DNA from: Vicugna vicugna
Lineage: Eukaryota
DNA length: 64,000 nt
Assembly (NCBI GenBank): GCA_013265495.1
Contig: MU058636.1
Coordinates: 4,499,741 to 4,563,740, forward strand
Direction of reading: 5' to 3'
The notes beneath the pieces are model-generated. The model was given only the letters and a program-made list of their open reading frames with translations, had not been told where the DNA came from and searched no databases. Position numbers and translations under genes: made by a program. This document shows positions 38,959 through 51,860 of this stretch, one piece after another (position 1 is the first letter of the stretch; every line of letters starts with the position of its first letter).

Positions 38959-41781
38959 AGAATGGGGCTTTTTTAAAACACAGTATAGCTTGGCATTTGT
39001 CACCTAAATATGCAGAGGTGAGTTCATCCAAAAAACATATGTAGTAAAGTTTTCTGGATCTGTACCCTAGCATTTCTTGGTCCTCTTTTTTTAAACACTT
39101 AAACATTTCTAATTTTCCACAATATGGTGCCTTTGGGAATCACCCACTCTTTGGAAACTACCCCACTGCAGAAGGTTTAGGCGGCAACCACTTCCTAGAA
39201 AGCGGCATTTTTGGACTTTCGGCTGGTTATGTGAATAAGAGAGTGCTCTCTCTTTGAGCTAAAATGTATCTCCCAGTTTTGGAGGAGCAACAGCAGTAGC
39301 CTTTTCTACAATAACATCTTTATTTATTTTTCATTGCTGCCTTATACTCAGAACCTTAGCATCTTAGCATCAGCTTTTCCTAGTTGTTACTCTGAAATGC
39401 TGTGCTGCTTGATGGTGTCAGAGAAGCAAGGCAAACACTGCAATACAAAGCAATACTTCTTTCTTGAGCATCTGCTATGCCCTAGATGCACTACTTAGGG
39501 AGCTTCATAGCTTAACTGGACCAGGTTCCACCATCCAGGGTCTCAGAGCTCCTTTTCTTCCTTGTCAGATTCACAATTCCAAAATAATAATGCAGAAGCT
39601 CCCAGGACCAGGAGAGGATCCAGTGATATTTCAGAGACATTGTATGCCCTGGAGAATTTTATTTGGGAGGGTGTGTTTGATAGATCCTGTTGACTTTAAC
39701 TTAATGGATTTGTACTTTCACTGCATCAGAGAACTATTGGAAGCCTGGTGTTTGCAGGCAGAGTCCTGTGGGAACATTTTCGAATATTCCTCCCAGCAGG
39801 ATGGCTGAAGGAGAAGAAGAAATGTAAATTATTTACTTGGGACCACTTGACCAGATGTCAGTATTTGGGAGAGCGAGCATTTCAGACAGGCATTTGTTAT
39901 GTTAGAAAAATGCGAAGAGTTAATGATGTTTATCAGAATTTTGACCTGGGATAAATTTAAAGCCATTATACTTCATTTGGAGTGATCCTCTCATTCTTCA
40001 GAATATTTGGGGGATTAGAGAGAAGAGATGTGTGTATATGTGTGAATTATATATTTCTGTAAGTTGCTTAATGATGATTTATCTCACCTATATTCTTACA
40101 AACACTGTTCTTCTTTTTACAGAACACACAAGCACAAGCATTTAAATGTTAGTCACCCAAAACTCCAGATGCTGAGCAGTGAAAGTTTATATTCTGCCAG
40201 CATATCAGACTCTGTAATGAGTCTGATTTTGGTTTAATTCCTTTCTACTGTTTAGTCATTTGATGAGCTGCAGATGGAAATTTAAGCCAAAGCCATAACA
40301 TTTCAGCTCATACTTTTTATGCTGCTGTAAGAACTTGTTGTCGTGTCAATTTAAGGGAGTTGAAATCTTTTTCAAGAAGGCATTCAAATCTGCATTAAGT
40401 GCCTTTATCAACTCTAATTTGATATACAACTCTAAGTGCCTCTGCTATTCTTAATCAATTGCAAAGTGCAAAGTAGTTTAGCAGTGGAAGGCAGCTTCGA
40501 AATTTTTAGGATTTCTCAGCCAATGCCACAAGCACAACATTATGGAAATACACAATTAAATTTCCATTAAATTTTTTTTCCCTTAAGCTTAAGAAACACT
40601 AGACTGACTTCTTTGAGTTTGGACTTAAACAGGTAAATATGTATTTTGGCAGCCATGAAAAGGCTAAGGTATTAGATTAACTAGGGCAATACTTAAGTAA
40701 AATTCCATTTGAATGTTATATTTATGTGGGAAGGATTCTGCAAATTAATAAAGTGGTTTATTATGTGAGCATCCAATCAATACAGTGCTTCAGTTGTGCC
40801 AATACAAGATTAGGCTTTTCTTTCCTGTTTTTCTGTGTGACCTTGATTGTCTCCTTCCCTCACTTCCTTGTATGAAAGTAACGAACCTGACACTTTGTCT
40901 CTAGCTGTTTTGGGTGAAGGCTTTTGAATACCGCCACTGAAAAAAAGAGGTTTATGTAAACATCATGATATTTGTCAGTTATTTCTCCCGCCCTGTTAAA
41001 GCCAGACCGACGGAGGGTGAGCTGTACATTTCTGAACTTGACTGATAAGCAGAGCCTGGATCTCTGACTTTCCAGGCTTGGTCAGTTTCTTGGCCTAGCT
41101 CCCTTCAGTATTCTGAATAAGAACAAGTTGCCACACTACACAGCCTATCGGGTTCTTTCTGTTATTTTTTTTTTTACAGTCAAGTGACTGTGTGTCTAGT
41201 TCAATGAATTTGAACAAGGTTGTCTCCAATCTGAAGGGCTGGTGTTTTTGATTTGGAGACAAGCATTTCTTTCTGTGCAGTAAGATGTGGTGTTTAATGG
41301 AAATTGCTGGCATCCTGGAGGTTTTATGACATAGGATCATACAGCCAGAGGATGCTCTTTTAGGTTTTGGTAAATACTCTGCTTCAGTTAAGCCACGTTG
41401 AAATAAAAAATGTCATCAGGATGCAAGATGCTATTAAAATATCCTTCAGAAGCATTGTTTAATGCCTGCAGCAGGGTGGAACGCTCTGTGACAGCTTTGA
41501 AGAATTTTTAAAACTAGGAAAGTTATTCTAGGTGGGTAGATTGCCTATGACTTTAGCAGATTATAAGCAGTTGGTTTAAAATTTACATGTTAGAGCACCA
41601 ATGAGAGGATAAATTGCAGTTTTTCTTAAAAAAAAAAAAAACCCTGTGCTTTAACTTTTAGTTTTTGAAAACAACATTTTTAACAACTCTCCTCTAAAAA
41701 TAAGGCCTTGCAGGCGAAGAACAACATGGGCTCAGCCACGGACTCACTTGTACTGTTCCAGCACCCAGAACTGATCTGCTA

Positions 41782-42003
41782 CTTATCTCTGCTTTAACTG
41801 AAGTGCAGTTGATGTACTTATTACATAAGTTACAGGTGTGCAACATAGTGATTCAGTTTTTAAAGGTTCTACTCCATTTATAGTTATTGTAAAATATTGA
41901 TGATATTCCCTGTTTTTTGCAACATATCCTTGTAGCTCATTTGATACATAATAGCTTGTACCTCCTAATCCCCTACCCCTGTATTGATCTTCTGCTTTTC
42001 TAA
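41782..42003 (-). mobile_element. L1 3' UTR fragment (artiodactyl type)
   Basis: TACAGGTGTGCAACATAGTGATTC...ACAT ATCCTTGTAGCT resembles an antisense L1 3' UTR. Confidence 0.75.
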
Positions 42004-42784
42004 TGAGAATGGTAGCTTCCTTGGGGAGTTCAGAGAGAAGCCAAGCCCCCTGTTGGGCCACACTGGGTATTCGGTCTCACTTCTCTCAGTTTGATGGTGG
42101 CCTTGAGGCCTGTTTTCATCTTTTCTTCCATGGCAACCTGTCCTCTTTGTTTTATTTGACTGAACATAACTGCAAGCAAATAGGAAAATAAAAGACATTT
42201 TAGTTTTGCCTTCTGATTTTGTATTCCATTGACCAACAAACCCCCGATCCTTATCATTATAGGAAAGATAATCCTAGTTTATGCCAATTGAGGTATCAAT
42301 TTTGAAGGTATTTGAAAACCTGGCCCACTTTCAACTGAAAAAACAATTTTTTAAACCAACAATTTTAAATGCTTGAACATTAAGAAAGGTCACAATTATG
42401 AACGAGGATGAAAATTCTATCGCAGTTTAAATATCCAAAAACCTGTTTGACCTTAGCTTCTTCTCTCTCTTGTGAACTGTTTCGTTTGCCATTTCAGCGC
42501 TCATTACCATTTTCTTAGAGGGGCGAAGGAACTGAAATTCAAATAATTACCATTGTAGTTAATCAACTGCTTTACTTATTTTAAAAAGGAAAAAGAAAAG
42601 AAATATAAAATTAGAAACTATTGAGTAGGATTCTTGAAGATCAATTACTTTCATTTCTAAATCCTAAATCCTTCTTGTCACTAATCAAAATAAAGTAACA
42701 TGCCTGTTGTTCACAAGTATAATGGTAGGGTTAATACACAGAACTAACTTATGCCATCTGGTAATTTAAAGTGTGTGTCATTTT

Positions 42785-43271
42785 GTGGAATATAACTGAG
42801 CCATAAAGAAGAGTGAAATAATGACATTTGTAACAACATGGATGGACCTAGAGATCATCATTATATTAAGTGAAGTAAGTCAGAGAAAGACAAATATCAT
42901 ATGATATCACTCATGTATGGAATCTTAAAAAAAATAAACTGATACAGATTCTATTTATAAACCAAAAACAGACTCATGGACATAGAAAACAAACTATGGT
43001 TGCCAAAGGGGAAAGGGCAGGGGAGAGATAAATTAGGAGTTTGGGCAGATACACAGTACAATATATAAAATTGACAAAACAACAAGGACCTACTGTATAG
43101 CACAGGGAACTATATTCAGTTTCTTGTAATAACATACAATGAAAAAGAATCTGAAAAAAAATATATGTATGTTTATGTATAACTGGATTGCTTTGCTGTA
43201 CACCTGAAACTAACATTGAAAATCAACTAGACTTCAATTAAAAAGATGCTGAGAAAAAAAATTTTTTAAAT
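42785..43271 (+). mobile_element. 5'-truncated L1 3' end (artiodactyl type) with TSD
   Basis: ORF2-end and 3' UTR phrases (ACATGGATGGACCTAGAG, ACTGTATAGCACAGGGAAC) and an A-rich tail. 17-bp TSD AAA(G/A)TGTGTGTCATTTT at 42768-42784 and 43272-43288. Confidence 0.92.
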
Positions 43272-43288
43272 AAAATGTGTGTCATTTT

Positions 43289-43757
43289 AGGATGCTTTTG
43301 CTATAAATAATAGGATAATTTTATAATGACTGAATGCATAAAGACTTCTAGGTAGCTTGTCTAACCCACAGCCTGGATGGAGCTAGGAGATTCCAAGTAG
43401 CTTTAGAAGCTCAAGGACCCAGGCCATCCAGTCTCTAGACTTGTCACTGCATGATCACAAGACGGCCACCTCAGTTTCAGACATCTTTGCTTTACTTAAG
43501 AGGAAGGAAGGAGGCCCAGCTTAGGTTTTTCTTCTGGCAAGAAGAAGATTTTGCTAAAAACCCTAGCAAACTTCCTCTTGCGTTCCTCTGATCAGAATTG
43601 GGTCACATGCCAATCACTCACATTGGTGAATTACCACATTGGCTTTGACAAATCGATGCATGTCCTGTCACTGGGGTGGGTCCTCCTTCTGTTAGACCAA
43701 AGACGTGCTACCTGAACACAGAGATTCTTTTACCAAGGAAAAGGGTAGGCAACCAAT
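43289..43757 (-). mobile_element. Old MaLR LTR (late MLT1-like)
   Basis: GATCACAAGACGGCCACC, CAGAATTGGGTCACATGCC and GGGTAGGCAACCA are diverged MLT1 phrases. Confidence 0.6.
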
Positions 43758-44674
43758 AAGGCTGACTTATATTCCATAAAATAACCCCCATAAAATAAAC
43801 TATACAATGGTAGATGACCTTTAATAATTTACCACCTGTTCCATAATGTTGCATTAAATGCAGTGATAGTAGCTGATATTGATAAGGCCTTGTGAAGTGT
43901 CAAGTGCTGTATTAAATGCTTTACCTGCATCATTTCCTCTAATCTTCATGGTAACCCACATTTATGTATACCATTTGTAAGTGACAGAGCCAGGAATGAA
44001 ACCCAGATTCTAGGGGAATCACTAAATTATGCTACCTCTTATCATTTGTGAGATCAAAATATTAACAGTAGGTGAAATTGATGAAACTCAGGTAGGAGTA
44101 GAAGTACTTCCCAGTAAGTCACCACAGTGGTGTTTGTCAAAAAGTAATGGCAAGGAGTTTTCAGAGTACTCAAAATAAAGATTCTCTATCTCTTTTCCTC
44201 CAGTTTCAGGAAAAAAGGAGCATTTCCTCATGTTTTCTTTCTTATGCCCATTCAATAAGAAATTGAGTTTGTGTTTTTAAAAAGCAAATTATAAAGAAGG
44301 ATATTACTGGATCAGAAAGTTTAGCCCTTTAAGATTGTACCCAGTTCTCAGTTGAAAGAGGTGGGGGAGAAATGAAGGAATGTAATAGGATTATAAAAAT
44401 CTGTTAGAGTAAAATGAACAAATATAGTATTTATTCATTTGAGGGCCATTATGATGGGAGTAAATGAAATAGCCTTAATTTTGTCATTACCCCCCAAAAA
44501 TGACAAAATGTTTTCATATATTTCCATTTATGTAGAAATGCTAGTATTTTTCAATGAGGTTTCAATTTCAATCTCATTGTTCAGATTCAGCTATTTGAAA
44601 TGGCTTTAGCTTGACTCACTTTACCCATCCACAGCCCCCTTAAGCTGCATCTTGCAATGGTCCAGTAAGAGGAA

Positions 44675-44895
44675 CAGCTAGCATTTACGAAGGATCACTA
44701 TGTTTCAGCCACTGTGCTAAGCACTATCTCATTTAAACATCAACTCCTATTGAGGCAAATCCCACTTCATAGATTAAAAGCCTAAAGCTAATAAATAAAT
44801 AAATAAATAATAAAAAAATAAGTAAGAGACTTCCCCAAGGGAAGTGCGTAAATAAGTATTGGCCTGGATTCAAATTTGCTTCTGGCTCCAGAGCC
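44675..44895 (-). mobile_element. MIR SINE with an internal (TAAA)n run
   Basis: GCTAGCATTTAC...CACTGTGCTAAGCACT...GGATTCAAAT...TCTGGCTCCAGAGCCC. Confidence 0.65.
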
Positions 44896-45368
44896 CCTAT
44901 TCCCCTCGGCAGCCCAGCAGGAGCCTTGCTAACCCCCTTCTCCTGTGCAGATTTCCCACCAGAATGTTTGAAGGAGGCAGGTGCTGGCATTTTCAGCCCT
45001 CAGTGCAAGCTTGCACCTGCCATTCAGTTGCTGGGGGATCTTCTGGAATGCATTTTTCTTCCTGAAAACAGGAGAAATTCATTCTTTGCCACTCCGACCT
45101 GCTGCGTTCAGCCCTTGGACACAGTTTGTGTACATGGCAGGGAAAAAAAATTAAATTCTAACACCCAGAGATGACTTTAAGCTGAACATGAGTCAAATTC
45201 CTGCACTTAAGGAGAGGATTGTGTAGTGAGACCTACATAAATCAATAATTACAATCAAACACAACCAGGAACCAACCGCATGAAAGATGAGCGTCTGTGA
45301 CTAAGAGTGACTATCGTTTGTACAATAAACCCTGAAGGCCAGATTTTCTGTTCTTTCTCTTCATTGTT

Positions 45369-47737
45369 TTTTGTTTTGTTTTGTTTTGCTTTGCTTTTAA
45401 TTTTTTTTAACATTTTTTATTGAGTTATAGTCATTTTACAATGTTGTGTCAAATTCCAGTGTAGAGCACAATTTTACAGTTATACATAAACATATATATA
45501 TTCATTGTCACATTTTTTTTTCGCTGTGAGATATCACAAGATCTTGTATATATTTCCCTGTGCTATACAGTATAATCTTGTTTATCTATTCTGCATATGC
45601 CTGTCAGTATCTACAAATTTTGAAATCTCAGTCTGTCTCTTCCCACCCTCTGCTCCCTTGGCAATCACAAGTTTGTATTCTTTAACTGTGAGTCTGTTTC
45701 TGTTTTGTATTTATGTTCTTTTTCTATTTTTTTTTTTTTTAGATTCCATGTATGAACGATCTCATATGGTACTTTTCTTTCTCTTTCTGGCTTACTTCAC
45801 TTAGAATGACATTCTCCAGGGACATCCATGTTGTTGCAAATGGTGTCATGCTGTTGTTTTTTATGGCTAAATAGTATTCCATTGTATAAATATGCCACAT
45901 CTTCTTTATCCAGTCATCTGTTGGTGGACATTTAGGCTGTTTCTGTGTCTTGGCTATTGTAAATAGTGCTGCTATGAACTTTGGGGTGCAGGTGTCTTTT
46001 TGAAGTAGGGTTCCTTCTGGATACATGCCCAGGAGTGGGATTCCTGGGTCATATGGTAAGTCTATTCCTAGTCTTTTGAGGAATCTCCATACTATTTTCC
46101 ACAGTGGCTGCACCAACCTGCATTCCCACCAGCAGTGTAAGAGGGTTCCTTTTTCTCTATTACAGCCTCTCCAGCATTTGTCATTTGTGGACTTTTGAAT
46201 GATGGCCATTCTGACCTGTGTGAAGTGATACCTCATTGTAGTTTTGTTTTGCATTTCTCTGATAATTAGTGATATTGAGCATTTTTTCATGTGCCTATTG
46301 ATTATTTGCATTTTTTCCTTGGAGAATTGCTTGTTTAGATCTTCTGCCCATTTTTGAATTGAGTTGTTTGTTTTTTTCTTATTATGTCGTATGAGCTGCT
46401 TATATATTCTGGAGATCAAGCCTTCATCGGTTTCATTGTTTGCAAAAATTTTTTCCCATTCCATAGGTTGTCATTTTGTTTTATTTATGGTTTCCTTTGC
46501 TGTGCAGAAGCTTGTAAGTCTAATTAGGTCCCATTTGTTTATTCTTGCTTTTATTTCTGTTGCTTGGGTAGACTGCTCTAGGAGAACATTTTTGAGATGT
46601 ATATCAGATAATGTTTTGCCTATATTTTCTTCTAGGAGGTTGATTGTATCTTGTCTTATGTTTAAGTCTTTGATCTATTTTGAGTTTATTTTTGTGTATG
46701 GTGTAAGGGAGTGTTCTAGCTTCACTGATTTACATGCTGCTGTCCAGTTTTCCCAACACCATTTACTGAAGAGACTGTCTTTATTCCATTGTATATTCTT
46801 GCCTCCTTTGTCGAAGATTAGTTGACCAAAAGTTTGTGGGTTCACTTCTGGGCTCTCTATTCTGTTGCATTGGTCCATATGTCTGTTTTTGTACAAATAC
46901 CATGCTGTTTTGATTACTGTAGCTCTATAGTGTTCTCTGAAGTCTGGGAGAGTTATTCCTCCAGCCTCTTTCTTTTTTTTCAGTAATGCTTTGGCAGTTC
47001 TAGGTCTTTTGTGATTCCATATAAATTTTATTGTGATTTGTTCTAGTTCTGTGAAATATGTCCTGGGTAATTTGATAGGGATTGGATAAAATCTGTAGAT
47101 TGCCTTGGGCAGTGTGACCATTTTAACAATATTGATTCTTCCAATCCAGGAGCATGGGATGTATTTCCATTTTTTAAATTCTTCTTTAATTTCCTTCATC
47201 AATAGGTTATAGTTTTCCATGTATAATTCTTTCACCTCCTTGGTAAGATTTATTCCTAGGTATTTTATTACTTTGGGTGCTATTTTAAAGGGGATTGTTT
47301 CTTTACTTTCTTTTTCTGTTGATTCATCATTACTGTAAAGAAATGCAACTGATTTTTGAATGTTAATCTTGTAACCTGCTACCTTGCTGAATTCTTCAAT
47401 CAGCTCTAGTAGTTTTTGTGTGTACTTTTAGGGTTTTCTATATATAATCTCATGTCATCTGCATATAGTGACACTTTAACCTCTTCTTTTCCAACTTGGA
47501 TCTCTATTATTTCTCTCTCTTGCCTGATTGCTGTGGTTGGGACTTCCAAGACTATGTTGAATAGGAGTGGTGATAGTGGGCAGCCTTGTCTTGTCCCAGA
47601 TTTTAGTGGGAAGCTTTTGAGTTTTTCACTGTTGAGTACTATGCTGGCTGTAGGTCTGTCATATATAGCTTTTATTCTGTTGAGGTATGTTCCCTCTATA
47701 CCCAGTTTGGTGAGAGTTTTTATCATAAATGGTGTTG
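45369..47737 (-). mobile_element. Relatively young 5'-truncated LINE-1 with disrupted 3' half of ORF2, 3' UTR and A-rich tail
   Basis: Minus-strand ORF pieces 47406-47783 ([23 protein letters not shown] motifs), 46675-47235 ([17 protein letters not shown]) and 45739-46464 ([14 protein letters not shown]). T-rich tail at about 45365-45410. Possible TSD TCTCTTCATTGTT (45356-45368) and TCCCTGCATTGTT (47738-47750), 11/13 identical. Confidence 0.97.
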
Positions 47738-50700
47738 TCCCTGCATTGTTGAGAGTCATCTCCAAAGCTGGATCTTTTCTCACCAGACCAGCGGAGCTAT
47801 GACTTCATCTGTCTCCTCCAGGTCCCTTCTTGTCCTCAGCTTCCTCATCACAGATGCTGAATTTCTCTTATCAGTCAGTCCCAGGCAAGAGACTCTTTTT
47901 CAACCCTTCTCTGTGGTTCATTCAAAACAGCACTGAAACTTCTCATGCTTTTCCCTCTCACATCTGGTGTTCCATCAGCATCACCTCTGCCAAAGCCTTG
48001 TTCTAGGTCTTTATCACCTCCCATCTGGAAACATCAAACCCTTCCTCACCAGCCTTTCTGCTGCTGCCACCGCTCCGCCTTTCCAGGATGGTCTGTCTGG
48101 TCCTTGCCATAGCCTTGAGCATTGACCTTCACCTTTGCTTTTGTAATTGTGTGTTGCACTGAGAGTGCTGTTTCCATAGGCAGGAGTGGCACAATAAATG
48201 TTTTTGATGGGGATGGTAGCAAACACACTGAGTAGTTAAAATGTCAGTATGAACCTGAACTCGTTGTCTTGACCTGGTATATCCAAACCATTTGTTGTGG
48301 TAGGTTTGAATTCTGTAGAGCACAGAGGCAGATTCAGTCTCTGATCCATGTTCTGGAATCACAGTCACGGGCCAGGGGTGAGATGGAGTGTTATTGTAGT
48401 GCTAGAAACACACTCTAAGGTAAAAAAGAGTAACATATTCTACTCTGTATATTTTCATGCTGCTGAGATTTGAAGAGCCTGGATTTGATGGGCATGATGC
48501 AGAAACAAAGGAAAAGCTTGCCTAAAGTTAAGTAAAAGTCCAAAAGCTAAGTATAATTATCTGCTAATGTATTAAATGAGAATCTTAACTACTCATGAAG
48601 TGTACACACTCCAGTGATGGAAGGCCCACTCAACAATTCTCAAGTGTCCCTCATACACAAACTAACAGTCATCACACTGGCCCAATGAGCTCATTAAATA
48701 TCATATTGTTCTGCCAGATAAGGCCCTTGTTTTAGGGAGTGACTAAGAGACTGTCACTTCTTGGGCCAGGAGAATGAAAATGCTCTTCAGGCTCTGGGAA
48801 GAGGATAGAGCTAAATTGTTGATACTGTTTGTCCCTCCCCATTTCAGTCTGCGTCTTCTTGGGCTGTGTTTTTGCAAGATGACTACTCAGCTGATTTATT
48901 CAGCTCAGTGTTTTCATGACATTTCTGCTGTAGACCCACACAGTGGAGAGGAGGCTAGAATGCTCTTTGTGGACAGTGTTCAACTAATGCCAAAGAACGA
49001 CCCAGACCTGGTGGTTCTGGGCTGGCAGAGTCATTTGTGCCCGAGCTTGTGTCTGAGCTTCCATCTCCTTCTTTTTAGGTGGAAAGTTAACCAAGTCCAG
49101 AAGAGGCAGCCAGGCCTCCCCTTTGGGTTATTTGCATTTATTTTGTTTTCTTGCTGAAAACAGAAGTGAATCAGTCTTCACTGAGTCCTGTTGCCCAAAG
49201 CAATGATGCAATGCTGGTCACGTGGCACCAGGGAAAAAGGCCCATTATGCAAACCTCGTTTCTCTTTGTGTTACGGTATAAGGGGAGGTCCAGTCTTCAC
49301 ACCAGGAAGCAGCACAGAACTGTGGTTCTTAAACGTGGATCCTTTTCTACATGGAGGAACCATGATGTTTTACACTGTGTTTGTCTATTATTCTTCTGCC
49401 TGTTTGACCACTGGACTCATTCATTTTGATTGTAATATTAGCAAAGTATGGAAGGAATTGGTTTAAGCTGTTCGGTTTACTTTTTCCGTCTGATTTGGGG
49501 TAGTTATGTACGTGTGCTTTGCCTCAGCCCCTAAGTTGCTGTGTGACCTTGGACAAGGCACCACAACTCCGATTCTATAAGAACTGATTTTAATACATAT
49601 CACGTGTATTTCTATAAGTAATACACATATGTGCATATGTGATATGCCTAACATAAAGCCGTAAGAATCAAGCAAATTAATATTTATCAGAAGTTGAGTA
49701 TGCAGCCTCACTATTGTAACTGCTTGATAAATGGTAGCCATTATTATTAGGAATTTGTCCAGTTAATGCTTGTCTGAACTCATCTGTGAGTTAATGATTT
49801 TTATTGTGTTTGCTCGTTGCCAAGACAATAGGACCAGGAACCAAAGTCCTGGAGTCTTTTTCTGACATCTTTTTGGCTTGTTGATCTGGTCTTTACCACT
49901 CCCCATAGTAGACATTTTGGTAAAGAAGTATATTTGTGGAACTTGAGAAGATAAACCATCAGAAGATGTTCAAGGTGAGATGCCTTCCTTCCAAATAGAG
50001 TTGTATGGAGAGGCTGATAATGTAACAAGACACTAGCATGGACTACAGTTGCAGCCTCTTCTGTGAGTGTCACGTGAGTTAAACCTTCAGCATGTGTTCT
50101 TTGGACCTGAGCCAAATGCCTCTCCCCAGTCTGAGTTCAAGTGTCGCCTTCAGGGCAAAGTCTCCTCTGACCGCCTCACTTCCCCTGCCCTTTCTACACA
50201 CTTCCACTGTAGCAACGGCCACATGGTTGTGCAAGTGTGCTTTTCTGGTCCAGGCCCCTCCTGGGCTAAGAGTCCACCATCATTATATTCTCCCGACGTT
50301 TCAGGGCACATTGGCTCTTGTTAATAAACTGTGAAATGTTGACAGAGTGAATAAAACTACCTGAATGAGTGTGGGAGGCTTATGGCCCAACTTACCCAGC
50401 GTTTAGCCCCCTCCTGGGTCAGCCCCCGCAAGCAATGACAATGTTCTGTTTACCAGGGGGTGGGGGGCGTCTTTTACTTCAAGCAGTAACTCAACATCCA
50501 GTCTCAGCCAAAAAGTCTCTTTCCTTCTTGACCCTCACCTGTGTTCTTTGAGTGGATTTAACAAGTTAAATTGCACCTTTGTGTTCACAGAACCCAGGGC
50601 CCGTGTGTCCATGAAACGCACAATGAACTTAGACTGAAAGCATTTTTCATTTATGTTGTGATCAGCCAACTTGGGAGAATTATCTGTGATGGGTTTTTGT

Positions 50701-51089
50701 TTTAAATCAATTAACACTGTCAGAGAGTCTCTCTATAAAAAAATATGAACTTATCCCTACGTTTGTCTCAATGCCGTTTAAGTTAAATAGATTGAATTTA
50801 ACTCTACTTTTGAACCTTCCAGCCACTTTTGCCAGATTGGAAGGAAATCATTCTCAGTGAAATTACTGAGCTAATTTAATTCTTTACTGATCAGGGTCTC
50901 GTTCCGTGTGAAGGATGCTGCTGTTCATATTTGGAGAAATTGATTGCCTTAGTAGAAAATTTTCTGAACCCAAAGATTTTACCATGACCATTAAGGTGGA
51001 TGTACTCAAAGCATCAGCCCAAACTGGACGTGCGTGAATGAGCTTCAGGAAGTCCCTGCAAGTGAATCTACAGTCTTCCCCTTCTCTTC

Positions 51090-51860
51090 TTCTGAATTAT
51101 TAAATGACCACTTGAGTCGGGCACTGTGCTGGATCGAGTCCAGCGTGACTCAGCAAGCCCGCCTCCGGCCTTCTACAGGCTTTACGATCCAAGACAGCTG
51201 GCTTTGATGAAAGAGCAGATAGGAGGAAGTCGCAGAGAACAAAAATGTGGATTAAATGAATGTTCTGCCTGTGCCAGGCATTGTGCTTGGACTCGGGGAT
51301 ACTGACTTAAATAATCATCAGAGGATAAAGTGATTCATCATCTTATGTGGGAGGGAAGAGGCAGAGGAATTGTTCCAAGAGGCTGTGACATTTGAACTTG
51401 AGGAATGCTACAGAAAAGCGGGGAGAAGTCAGAGGGAAGAGCATGATCAGATGCTGGGAGGTATGAAATTCATGGGTTCAGGGAGCGACAGCTAGATCCC
51501 AGGATCCTGGAAGGAGAGTGACCGATGGTACATGGAGGCGAATCGGGTCAGATCATGAGCATTGGAGGAGCTGTTAAAGGGCCTACGGACTTTATCCTGA
51601 AAGCATCAGGCAAGCCTCCTGGCTTCTTAAAGCAGGAGCAACATGGTCAGACCCCAGATTCTGGGAGCCTTGGCTGAAAATGCAGGTAGAGAGAATCTCT
51701 GCAGATAACCCAGGAAAAAGATGACAAGGACTCAAAGTAGCAGGAAAGGTGTTGGAAAGGAGGGATTGGTTTATGCAACTTGTCTGGGATAGAGTTTCCA
51801 GGGTTCAGTATCTTCCCTAGATCCAGCCTGGGCTTTATTTTAATGCACGATATAAACATG
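51090..51860 (-). mobile_element. L2 fragments
   Basis: GGGCACTGTGCTGG, TGTGCCAGGCATTGTGCTTGG, GTGACATTTGAACTTGAG, GGACTTTATCCTGAAAGCA. Confidence 0.6.

Noticed and set aside
45739..47783. RT-like ORFs as a functional or domesticated reverse transcriptase gene
   Set aside because: Split over three ORFs and 5'-truncated inside the RT domain, with no endonuclease or ORF1. It is an ordinary dead L1 copy.
46364..47802. Plus-strand ORFs 46364-46825 and 47416-47802
   Set aside because: These are antisense shadows of L1 ORF2, a common artefact.
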